In this document: piece by piece, positions 45,814-54,205 of the stretch
How the letters are laid out: the number at the start of each line of letters is the position of its first letter
How positions within the stretch are numbered: the first letter of the stretch is position 1
Source: a virus
Taxonomy: Duplodnaviria; Heunggongvirae; Uroviricota; Caudoviricetes
Reading direction: 5' to 3' (one strand)
Virus record (IMG/VR): IMGVR_UViG_3300010369_000001
Length of the DNA stretch: 64,000 nt
Program-made: the position numbers and the translations under genes
Notes under the pieces: model-generated
What the model saw: only the letters and a program-made list of their open reading frames with translations
Told to the model about the DNA's origin: nothing
Databases searched by the model: none

Positions 45814-46456
45814 TAAAACCTCCTCTCTTATTAGATGGAGTTGTTAAGGCTTTTTCCGCATCCCAGCCTAATGTTAATCGCTTATGTGCACATTTATAAT
45901 TAATATTAAAATGTTCGCACCACTCAACTAATGTTTTTGTAGCATTATTAATCGTTAGGTTTACAGAATTTCGTCGATTTCTACAATTTTGTTTTTTTGT
46001 AACCCATCTACAATTATTAGGACTATACCCCGCATCATTATTAATACGATCTATTTCTAATACTATGCTATATCCGTTAATTTGTGCCCACTGCTGAAAA
46101 TTTTCAAAAGAATTACACCAGTCTTCACATATTGTAATGCCTCGACCGCCATAATGACAATAACCGAGATTATTTGGATTAAGACAACGTTCCTTTATAT
46201 CCGCCCAGATACCGTATAATCTCGTACGAGACACGCCATGTGTTTTATTTATCGTTTTTCGTGTTTCCTTATAAATACAGCCACAGCTATTTGTGTCACC
46301 AGATAGCAAATATTGCGATTTTACAATCGTTTCAGCGTTATTACACGAACAAACGCAACGCCAAAGAGCATTATTATGTGCATCTGTACCCGCAAACTCA
46401 ATTACAGTAAGCCGGCCAAATTTTTGACCAATTAAATTTTTAATTCGTTTGTTCAT
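45803..46456 (-). CDS. HNH homing endonuclease (HNH_3-like), third paralogue
   Basis: LYGIWADIKERC...HYGGRGITICEDW...DRINNDAGYSPNNCRWVT...N plus an N-terminal Cys cluster; overlaps the primase start by 11 nt. Confidence 0.7.
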   Translation of the reverse strand: MNKRIKNLIGQKFGRLTVIEFAGTDAHNNALWRCVCSCNNAETIVKSQYLLSGDTNSCGCIYKETRKTINKTHGVSRTRLYGIWADIKERCLNPNNLGYCHYGGRGITICEDWCNSFENFQQWAQINGYSIVLEIDRINNDAGYSPNNCRWVTKKQNCRNRRNSVNLTINNATKTLVEWCEHFNINYKCAHKRLTLGWDAEKALTTPSNKRGGFNGS

Positions 46457-46482
46457 ATAGTGTTTTCCTATAAAATAATTGT

Positions 46483-46740
46483 TTAAGTATTTAGCTCTCT
46501 AATTACATTGCCAATAGCTGTTTTTGCGTTTTGAATCAACATCAAGGCATAGTCAACACATTCAAGCGTCTTAATTTCGCCAGTCTCAGTCGGAGGGGCA
46601 AAACACATTGCGCCAGCTAAATTTAGCTCCCTCACGGCCGTCTCACATTTAGAAATTATAGCGCTTTTAAGTGTGGCTAGCGCGTCTTCACGCGTCTGTT
46701 GGGTTGTACTCATGTCCTTCGGATAAATAATGTAGAACAA
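46483..46740 (-). CDS. hypothetical protein
   Basis: 85-aa ORF. Confidence 0.4.
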   Translation of the reverse strand: MFYIIYPKDMSTTQQTREDALATLKSAIISKCETAVRELNLAGAMCFAPPTETGEIKTLECVDYALMLIQNAKTAIGNVIRELNT

Positions 46741-47158
46741 ACAATAAATTACACGATGCGTTAGCTAAATGATCACACTCTTTGCCGTCTTGATCTAGTT
46801 CTTTATCGCCCTCCAAGAATAAATAAATATGTCGAAGGGCGTGATTCAAACAGCCAGCAATAGGTAAGCCGCGGCGCCAATTATGCGCCCCATAGCGGTC
46901 TGCCCCAGTTTTTAACACGGCAGCTATGCGATGTAATGATTTTTGAGGAATTAAATCGTAACGAACATCATCAGCGTCCTTTGAACGTTGTGCGCCCGTC
47001 GCAAACTGCCGCATATCTTCAGGCTCAGTGGTATTAAGTATTTTTTCCTTTTTCTCAAGACTTTCTTTTTTATTCGCGGGCTTAAGTGTATCAGAAGACC
47101 TATTTTCAGAATGAGTTAAATATTCATCAGTATTTGCGCTGGATCTATGATTCGCCAC
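46688..47158 (-). CDS. hypothetical protein; possible dATP/dGTP pyrophosphohydrolase-like domain
   Basis: RYDLIPQKSLHRIAAVLKTGADRYGAHNWRRG resembles, from memory, the conserved core of phage NTP-pyrophosphohydrolase domains. Low certainty. Confidence 0.3.
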   Translation of the reverse strand: MANHRSSANTDEYLTHSENRSSDTLKPANKKESLEKKEKILNTTEPEDMRQFATGAQRSKDADDVRYDLIPQKSLHRIAAVLKTGADRYGAHNWRRGLPIAGCLNHALRHIYLFLEGDKELDQDGKECDHLANASCNLLFVLHYLSEGHEYNPTDA

Positions 47159-47426
47159 TGGTATCTATTACGTAAGTGCGTAGAAGTTGGACTGTATATG
47201 GCTCAGTATTATCTGGCCTAGCAGCGTTAAATGTTACATATTTATTAGGGCCAAATAATTCTTCTAAATCAGCTGGCGTTAAGTCATAATTAGTATAATT
47301 TTTAACTAAACCTGTTACATATTCTGCAAAGTACTCATCTTCGGGCAATTCCGTTTTAGCAAAAACTTCACGAAAAATTACACGATTAAAAGCTACTAGC
47401 ACGACTACGGTAACATAGACTTTCAT
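47145..47426 (-). CDS. hypothetical protein with N-terminal signal/anchor
   Basis: MKVYVTVVVLVAFNRVIF... Confidence 0.4.
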   Translation of the reverse strand: MKVYVTVVVLVAFNRVIFREVFAKTELPEDEYFAEYVTGLVKNYTNYDLTPADLEELFGPNKYVTFNAARPDNTEPYTVQLLRTYVIDTSGES

Positions 47427-47875
47427 TATTCTGCTCCCCCGAAAACTGAAGTTGCTGGATTAAAAGGCTCATAATGTTGCTCGGCAGCTGATTGCTCGGC
47501 AAACAGTTTATCCATCTGCATCGACCGGCTGTTTTCATTAACATTGGGTGTTCGTATCCAGCCAAAACTTGCTAATAGGTCATTTGCCATATTCGCCGCC
47601 CTAGCCGCCGCTAAGCCGCCAACAATTGCAACAGCCATTGCAAAGAATGGATTAAACATTACACAAGCGCCAATGCCTACAAAGAAAATACCCAAATAAT
47701 TAGAATAGCAGAAAGGGCAGCTCATTAGCTCGCCCAACCATTTTGTTGCCTTATTTTTCTCAAAATATTTACCAAGTGACCGCCACCAATTGCCAGCAGC
47801 TGAGTGGTGTAAGATTTCTGTTAGCTGCCATACGGCGGCACAGGATATGATGAACCAAAGCCCAAATGTGATCAT
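47426..47875 (-). CDS. hypothetical membrane protein (3-4 TM helices)
   Basis: FGLWFIISCAAVW, YLGIFFVGIGACVMF and FAMAVAIVGGLAAA. Confidence 0.45.
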   Translation of the reverse strand: MITFGLWFIISCAAVWQLTEILHHSAAGNWWRSLGKYFEKNKATKWLGELMSCPFCYSNYLGIFFVGIGACVMFNPFFAMAVAIVGGLAAARAANMANDLLASFGWIRTPNVNENSRSMQMDKLFAEQSAAEQHYEPFNPATSVFGGAE

Positions 47876-50241
47876 AGATTTTTAAGTAATTCAGCAGCGC
47901 TTATTTCAGTCTGCTCGTAACCTTGTTTTTCATATAATTTCTTCCGTTCAGCGGAAAAATGTTTAAATTCTGTACTCCAATAATCATAAAAGTCGTGAAC
48001 TACTCCATAAGGCTTATCGTCCCCCAGCCTAGCCACTCTGCCAGTTAGCTGAATATTGGCCACCTCTGATTTCAGCCCGCAGGCATTAATTAACACAGCT
48101 AAATTAGGGAAATCTACGCCCTCTCGCCATATGGCTGTGGCAATTACTCGTTTCAAGGTGCCTTTCTTAAACGCACCTCTAGCGCGATCTAAATCTGGCG
48201 TTTCCGAGCTAACTACTAGATAATTTGGTAAAAGCTGCCTTAAAGCCATCGCGTGCTTTATTGTTTCCACAATAATCAGCACCTGTGTATCTTCGTCGTA
48301 AGACTTAGCCGCCGCTGCAATTAAATTATTTCTGGGGGCATTGTACCAGATACCTCTGTGCTTCTTGTAAGCTGAATGGCATTTACCTACCGGATTATAT
48401 TGCAGATGAACTGGTACCCATTTTACCTTCACAGGAGCAACCATACCTTGCTTTGTAGCTTCTTTGGTATCAACTGTAATTAATTTTGGCCCCATCAAGC
48501 CTAGAAGACGGAATTGGGCCCCATCGCTTCTGTTAAAGCTACCTGTCAGCCCAAATATCCTTGGTTTGACCATCGTGGAGATAGTCTTAAAAGTATCAGG
48601 CGCTGCAGCTAAATGGCAATTGCCGCTTATGAAAGAAAAGCCTTCTGACCTTACTACAATATTGCCGCTCGGCACCTCCACACAATAAACGTTGCCTGAA
48701 TACTTCTCTAATTCATGTGTAACGTTTTTAAACGTATTGTGCTCTTTTTTCGACATGAATAATCTGTGCATATCTTGATAAGATTCTTTTCGATAATCTT
48801 TTTGTATGCTTTGAACACAACTAAAACCTCCCTGAATAGCAATGGCTGACACTAAATCTACATTTTCTTTTACACTGCTGCTGTAGTATTGGTAGTCTTT
48901 TTTTAGAATATATCCGTCCCACAATGATACCTCATTTACAAAATCAACTGCGTAAGCACGAGTTACCGCTACATTATTAAACCAAGTTATTAAATTTTTA
49001 GTTATTTCGAGTGGTGTTTTGATCACAAATCGAACATACCCTTCCCTGTCTATAGGTATTTCTTTAAATTCAACGCCTGACTCCAATAATATTTCTTTTA
49101 AGCGTAAAATTTTACGCTCTTTGACCAAGGATATAGACCAATATGCATAATCTCTTTTAACATAATTTCTAGTGCCGTCCGCCTGCAATGCAATAGCTAA
49201 TCGATCTATGGCCGCTAATGTAGCTATTTCATTAACGCCTATGCCTGACACAGGGTACTTATTGTATTGCGCACGAACTATATCAAGTATTGGTTTTTTG
49301 CAGACATTATCTTGCCTATCCAAATAAGTCTGATTATGTCCAACCGTCATTCGAACACTTCTTCCCTTATACAGAGTTAACTTAACTAAATCACCTGAAA
49401 ACTCTTTCTTAATATGTCGAAGTGGTTTTACAAACTGTATCGACCTATCTGCACTCCACTGCGCAATTAATTCTGTACCATCTAGCGAATCAAAACGTTT
49501 ATAACCTTTATTGGTTAATACCTCAGTATCTCCAGTAAAACATTCATCGCAAATATAAAAGTCATAGTCTTCTCCGAAACTAAGTATTTTAGTAAGGGAT
49601 TTATTTCCACATACCACGACCCTAGCTTGCTTAACTTGAGCTTGTGTAATAGACTTACCAGCTTGTTGTATAAAATACTTAGTGCCCGGCATATTATATT
49701 TGCGGATACGTTCACCTATAGTTGAATAAACTTGAGCTCGATAACTGCTTATAAGAATACGCGCTTTAGGGAACACTAGTGGCATTATACCAACAAGCTC
49801 ACTTTTACCAAAAGCAACAGAGCAAACTATAATACCGCCGGCATTTTTAGCCATTAGCTCCAAGACTTCTTTTTGTTTATAACGGAACTCAAAGTCAGCT
49901 GGGATTTTGTCCCATACGGGTACATAATTTTCAGCGGGTGATAGCTCAGTTATTTTATGCTCTACCTTTATTTTATGCTTAAGACAAAACGCTAAAATTG
50001 CGGGTAGGTACCCGTGAAAAGTCACAATCTGAGCGGGGATGGCTGTTGTACTTAAATCAACTGTTTGACCGTTAGTGTCATAACCGCTGCCGAGTATCTC
50101 TGGCGTAAGAGTTCTTTTATTAGCCTCTCTATCAAACCCTACAAGTGTGTACGAGAAGCATTTCTTTAGCTCGTAATACAAATGTAAGGGGAAGGAGCGA
50201 ATAATTAAAAGATTTCCATAAGTTTCAATGTCAATTATCAT
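47872..50241 (-). CDS. SF2 DExH-box helicase precursor interrupted by an intein (predicted mature helicase 481 aa)
   Basis: Walker A AFGKSE; motif II reconstituted across the intein as FYICDE|CHLAAAP (DECH); motif VI QLTGRVARLG. Confidence 0.75.
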   Translation of the reverse strand: MIIDIETYGNLLIIRSFPLHLYYELKKCFSYTLVGFDREANKRTLTPEILGSGYDTNGQTVDLSTTAIPAQIVTFHGYLPAILAFCLKHKIKVEHKITELSPAENYVPVWDKIPADFEFRYKQKEVLELMAKNAGGIIVCSVAFGKSELVGIMPLVFPKARILISSYRAQVYSTIGERIRKYNMPGTKYFIQQAGKSITQAQVKQARVVVCGNKSLTKILSFGEDYDFYICDECFTGDTEVLTNKGYKRFDSLDGTELIAQWSADRSIQFVKPLRHIKKEFSGDLVKLTLYKGRSVRMTVGHNQTYLDRQDNVCKKPILDIVRAQYNKYPVSGIGVNEIATLAAIDRLAIALQADGTRNYVKRDYAYWSISLVKERKILRLKEILLESGVEFKEIPIDREGYVRFVIKTPLEITKNLITWFNNVAVTRAYAVDFVNEVSLWDGYILKKDYQYYSSSVKENVDLVSAIAIQGGFSCVQSIQKDYRKESYQDMHRLFMSKKEHNTFKNVTHELEKYSGNVYCVEVPSGNIVVRSEGFSFISGNCHLAAAPDTFKTISTMVKPRIFGLTGSFNRSDGAQFRLLGLMGPKLITVDTKEATKQGMVAPVKVKWVPVHLQYNPVGKCHSAYKKHRGIWYNAPRNNLIAAAAKSYDEDTQVLIIVETIKHAMALRQLLPNYLVVSSETPDLDRARGAFKKGTLKRVIATAIWREGVDFPNLAVLINACGLKSEVANIQLTGRVARLGDDKPYGVVHDFYDYWSTEFKHFSAERKKLYEKQGYEQTEISAAELLKNL
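48619..49542 (-). mobile_element. intein (308 aa) with LAGLIDADG-like homing-endonuclease region, inserted between DE and CH of helicase motif II
   Basis: N-terminal CFTGDTEVLT; block B RMTVGHNQTY (T..H); LAIALQADGT (LAGLIDADG-like); C-terminal NVYCVEVPSGNIVV...FSFISGN followed by +1 Cys (CHLAAAP). Splicing gives ...ICDECHLAAAP. Confidence 0.65.
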
Positions 50242-50437
50242 CTTTCATTTCGCAAATATCCGACAAGTGTTTTACACCGTCTTTAAACCCTCTTTCATAT
50301 TCTTCTAAAACTATGCGCTCAAGCCACTCACTTGCGCTATCAACAATAGTAGTCGACCCGTGGCTCGCTAAATTGATTGCTTCTTTCACACTATCTTTAA
50401 TACGTTTCTTCGTATATCCGGTTAATTCTTTGTTCAT
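50231..50437 (-). CDS. hypothetical protein
   Basis: 68-aa ORF. Confidence 0.35.
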   Translation of the reverse strand: MNKELTGYTKKRIKDSVKEAINLASHGSTTIVDSASEWLERIVLEEYERGFKDGVKHLSDICEMKDDN

Positions 50438-50808
50438 GGGTTAGGTTTAGCAGGTTTTATAATAGGTAACCACCGCAATTTATCAATTACAAAGTCCAGC
50501 TTGTCTAGTCGGTGCCACATGCTTGATGGATTCCTAATTTCAATAAGATGCGAGAATGCATCTCTAACAATTTGCAACTCTACAATTATCGGCCCTGCGT
50601 CAGGGGTATTTAGATCATAAAGCCAATAAAAACCTGCCTTTACTGGTACCAGGTGTGCCCAGCAATCATTGGCTTCGACCGACGCCGGCTCGTCACATAA
50701 CAGCTCACTAGCAGGCATTGTTGGCGTATTTGCCTCTATTACGCTAGTATAAAATGCTTGGGCTGCCGATACGCTTATTGCTGCCCCGAGGAAAGTTCTT
50801 CTTCTCAT
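50434..50808 (-). CDS. secreted protein with twin-arginine (Tat) signal peptide
   Basis: MRRRTFLGAAISVSAAQAF matches a Tat-type motif RRxFLG followed by a hydrophobic region and AxA. Confidence 0.45.
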   Translation of the reverse strand: MRRRTFLGAAISVSAAQAFYTSVIEANTPTMPASELLCDEPASVEANDCWAHLVPVKAGFYWLYDLNTPDAGPIIVELQIVRDAFSHLIEIRNPSSMWHRLDKLDFVIDKLRWLPIIKPAKPNP

Positions 50809-51386
50809 TTGTTCAAGTACTCCTGTGTGATCTGTCTATCCGCTTCAATGCGTTTTTCTTCAGCGCATTCTTCGCGGTATTTTAATGTTTCTTCAATAGT
50901 TTCTCTATAATGCTCCGCCTCGGCAGCTAGGCAAGAATTATAGATTTCCGCCTCTAATGAGCCGTAATATTCTGTGCGTTCTTTATCTGGCGCCACCCAA
51001 GCTAGTGCCAAATCTTTTTGACATACTTCAGGCGGATCTAGGCTGTTCCACAGTGCGATAATGCGTCGAAGCCCTAATCCTTTAAGAGTGAAATCGCAAT
51101 CTGAACACCTTATCTGCGTACGCTCATAATGATCATGCCATAAGCCGCCCCAGGACACATTAAGCCGACCACCATTAATGTCAGCTCCGCATTCAGGGCA
51201 CGGTTTGATAGTACACGTAAAAGTATCGCCTTCACGTTTTAATTGAAGAATTATTTCATGCATGACTACTTTTCTGGCGTTATTATTTGCGCTGACTATT
51301 GCCCAAAATACAATAAAACAGAAAATATAGGTGAACATAAGAAACAATAGTCCAGCTAGTGCCTGATCGTCTGCAAAATATTTCAT
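50805..51386 (-). CDS. membrane-anchored zinc-ribbon protein
   Basis: N-terminal TM LLFLMFTYIFCFIVFWAIV; CPECG...CSDCDF. Confidence 0.45.
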   Translation of the reverse strand: MKYFADDQALAGLLFLMFTYIFCFIVFWAIVSANNNARKVVMHEIILQLKREGDTFTCTIKPCPECGADINGGRLNVSWGGLWHDHYERTQIRCSDCDFTLKGLGLRRIIALWNSLDPPEVCQKDLALAWVAPDKERTEYYGSLEAEIYNSCLAAEAEHYRETIEETLKYREECAEEKRIEADRQITQEYLNK

Positions 51387-51676
51387 GACAATACGGGTGG
51401 CCCAATTACTGCCACATGAATAGGAACACCTTCTAATTCATACGGTATGCTAATTTCTGGGGCACTATTACAGTAAACATAAAGACATCCCTCTCCTACA
51501 CCAACACACTGAAACCAACCATCCGTTGAATGAATGTCGCCGCGAATACAGTGTTCATATAAGGTTTGAACTAAGCTATAAGCTTTTTCTTGAAGCAGTA
51601 CCTTCTCTTCAATATATATTTCTTTTAGTCGAGCTTTAAGCTTCCTCTTCTCTTTTGATAGAACTGTTTGCATCAT
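51383..51676 (-). CDS. hypothetical protein
   Basis: 97-aa ORF. Confidence 0.4.
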   Translation of the reverse strand: MMQTVLSKEKRKLKARLKEIYIEEKVLLQEKAYSLVQTLYEHCIRGDIHSTDGWFQCVGVGEGCLYVYCNSAPEISIPYELEGVPIHVAVIGPPVLS

Positions 51677-52352
51677 AAATTTTCCAATCGTTAGCTAACA
51701 TGTGGCGCGTTTGCGGTTCATATACTACTACTCTATCATTAAGATCGCAGCGCATAATAGGACGACAATCACCTGCTGAATATAGGTATTTCGGGCAGGC
51801 ATACGGGCATTGCTCGGTTATGCCTTGCTTTTCCCAAAATTCACGAACTACTTGCCATCCGTTGTTCATGGCCTGACAAGCCTCTAACCAGTTCATATGC
51901 TCGACTTCATGATTATTTATTTGATCAACAGTCGTGCTTTCCTGTAATTCATGCATAACCGTCGCAGCTATGCTACTTGATTGTGCCATGAGGGCGCGCA
52001 GTAAAGCATATGTGTCCACGTATGAGCCTCTAGATAACATTTCTCTAAGCGCTACCTCTAGTGCTAGTTTTACTCTTGGGGTTAAAGTCGGGCTTGCCTC
52101 CTCACAGCACGCGGACTCATTATTCGAAAAGCCAATGTATTTTTCGACACTTTTACGAAGTTGCGATTCAGTAACGTCTGCAGTGGCGCACACCTTATTT
52201 AACGCATGTAGCGCAGGGCCCCCCACCTTAGCGACTGCGAGTAAGATATGCTCCGTACCGATGTAGTTACAATTTCGCCGCTGAACTTCCTCTTTAGCGG
52301 CCATCATGATCTCATTAACTATAGGTGTGTAATTATTACTTGTAATCATCAT
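51636..52352 (-). CDS. Clp N-terminal-domain (Clp_N repeat) protein
   Basis: Two Clp_N-type repeats: AAKEEVQRRNCNYIGTEHILLAVAKVGGPALHALNKV and RVKLALEVALREMLSRGSYVDTYALLRALMAQ. Compare ClpA/ClpB N-domain ..TVEHLLLALL... Confidence 0.65.
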   Translation of the reverse strand: MMITSNNYTPIVNEIMMAAKEEVQRRNCNYIGTEHILLAVAKVGGPALHALNKVCATADVTESQLRKSVEKYIGFSNNESACCEEASPTLTPRVKLALEVALREMLSRGSYVDTYALLRALMAQSSSIAATVMHELQESTTVDQINNHEVEHMNWLEACQAMNNGWQVVREFWEKQGITEQCPYACPKYLYSAGDCRPIMRCDLNDRVVVYEPQTRHMLANDWKIYDANSSIKREEEA

Positions 52353-53326
52353 CCTAACTCCTTCATTTTGTATCTTTGCAGCTTATCAGCTAAGGCTTTA
52401 TAAAACGACTGATGAGGTGGTGCAATATGATCCATACTTAGGTCGTTCCATTTAACACGAACTAACCCAGTAATATCGTCGTGAGCCTCAGGCGTACCTC
52501 CACAAACCTGTCCCAAATATAAAATCGAAATAATTTTATTGATTTCAGCTCTGTAGCGGTAATCATCTATTTGCATGGAAGTAACGTAGCTAAGATTTGT
52601 AATGTCCAGCCCGGCTTCTTCTTTGACTTCACGCTTAGCAGTATACTCATACGAAGTATCGCCAGGATCAGCAAAACCTCCAATAAACAGATACTGCTGC
52701 TGATATGTTTTGCTTTTTTGTCCAAGCCAGATATAAAGATTATCAAAATTAGGCGGAATTAATTCACCTTCAAAAATAGCTACGTCCACGCAAGGGTAAA
52801 CCGCATCAAATTGATTTTGAGTTGCCCATATTACGCCTTCGCGCCACCATTTATTACCTACTACTCGCTTACCGCACTCAGCTCGATCTTCCGTAGCTGA
52901 AGTTTGGTAAAGCTGCAAAGGTTTATACTCATGTGTACTAAATTTACCTTCGTAAGCCCATAGAAAGCTATCACGACTGCCGTAGAGCACAGCTGCCCTG
53001 TTGCCAGCTAGCTCCGCTATGATTTTATCTAATTTAGCTGACCATTCAGCATTATCGCCTGGAATGTCCTCTATTACGGCAAAAGATACCTTTCTTTCAA
53101 AGCCAAACTTTAGATCGTAGACATAGTCTTGAAGCATCCTAATCCTAGAATCTACATCAAGAGGATGACGTTTAGTTGCTGTGCCAAGTAATGATTTACC
53201 CAAAACAATAATGGTGAGATTATGATTTTGCCCTAATACATAGTTAATTAAATCTTTTTGACCGTCATGAGGCTCAGCACATTGCCATCGTCCCACAATG
53301 ACCCCAACATCCGTTCTAGTTGTCAT
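52349..53326 (-). CDS. natV: bifunctional NMN adenylyltransferase / Nudix hydrolase (NatV/NadM-Nudix-like)
   Basis: N-terminal nucleotidyltransferase motif VIVGRWQCAEPHDGQ (GRFQP.H.GH-like). C-terminal Nudix box GGFADPGDTSYEYTAKREVKEEAGL. Confidence 0.8.
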   Translation of the reverse strand: MTTRTDVGVIVGRWQCAEPHDGQKDLINYVLGQNHNLTIIVLGKSLLGTATKRHPLDVDSRIRMLQDYVYDLKFGFERKVSFAVIEDIPGDNAEWSAKLDKIIAELAGNRAAVLYGSRDSFLWAYEGKFSTHEYKPLQLYQTSATEDRAECGKRVVGNKWWREGVIWATQNQFDAVYPCVDVAIFEGELIPPNFDNLYIWLGQKSKTYQQQYLFIGGFADPGDTSYEYTAKREVKEEAGLDITNLSYVTSMQIDDYRYRAEINKIISILYLGQVCGGTPEAHDDITGLVRVKWNDLSMDHIAPPHQSFYKALADKLQRYKMKELG

Positions 53327-53436
53327 AGTAATTCCTTTAAGGGTTAAAGTCTCCGTCGGAAATATAATAAAGTATCGCCATGAGCAGAACTAAAATTATA
53401 AATGTAAGTAAAAGGTGCATTAAATGTATTTCTAAA

Positions 53437-54177
53437 TTAAGCATCAATTTTTTGAACTATTTCATGCATATCGGCTACAATTCGGGCATATTCCGGGAGA
53501 TGGCTATAGCGAGAATATTTACGAATAATCTGCCTCGGACAGTAGCCGTATATGTTAGTCACTGAATCTTTAACAGGTTTTTTCCTGGGATGCTTAACTA
53601 GAGTAGTCTCAACATTCCAAAGTTTACACACCGGGCAAGCATCTCCTGCCTGATACACTGCTTGAGTCTCCGGACAGCACATAGAGTCAATCCCGTCACC
53701 GCTACTAAAACCTTCCGTATTCATTCTAAGAATTCCATCATATTTCCATGCCTCTGGCGGAAGATTCTTACCTTGACAATGGCTTACGTCATAGACGTGA
53801 AATAATGTCGCGGCTGGATTAGCCATTAAACAATCCACAAATTTACCATCAGGGGTAACTCTAAGAGAGTGACTAAAACCACTAACAACATATTCCCAGC
53901 CCGCACTATCTTTAACAATTACTGGCAGTTGACCTATTTCTAATTGCTCGCTAAAGTTTACTATGACTTGATTAAGATGATCGTTATACTCGCCAATCGG
54001 GTAAAGATGTAGCTCATCGTGAAACCGTGACCAACCTTTTATATTTTTTTCTTCAACAAACTTATCAAGAACGCTAATCATTCTAGGATCGACCGTACTT
54101 AATAAAGTTTCTATAGCCTCTCTTGTCGCATATTTTTTAGGCATGTGTAATTTTTGGTGAAAGATTAAGTGGGCCAC
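53437..54177 (-). CDS. hypothetical protein embedded between natV and nadV
   Basis: 246-aa ORF with a C-terminal Cys cluster CCPETQ...CPVC; no recognisable family. Confidence 0.5.
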   Translation of the reverse strand: MAHLIFHQKLHMPKKYATREAIETLLSTVDPRMISVLDKFVEEKNIKGWSRFHDELHLYPIGEYNDHLNQVIVNFSEQLEIGQLPVIVKDSAGWEYVVSGFSHSLRVTPDGKFVDCLMANPAATLFHVYDVSHCQGKNLPPEAWKYDGILRMNTEGFSSGDGIDSMCCPETQAVYQAGDACPVCKLWNVETTLVKHPRKKPVKDSVTNIYGYCPRQIIRKYSRYSHLPEYARIVADMHEIVQKIDA

Positions 54178-54205
54178 AGGTTAGTTGCGACCCCACTTAA
54201 TAAAT

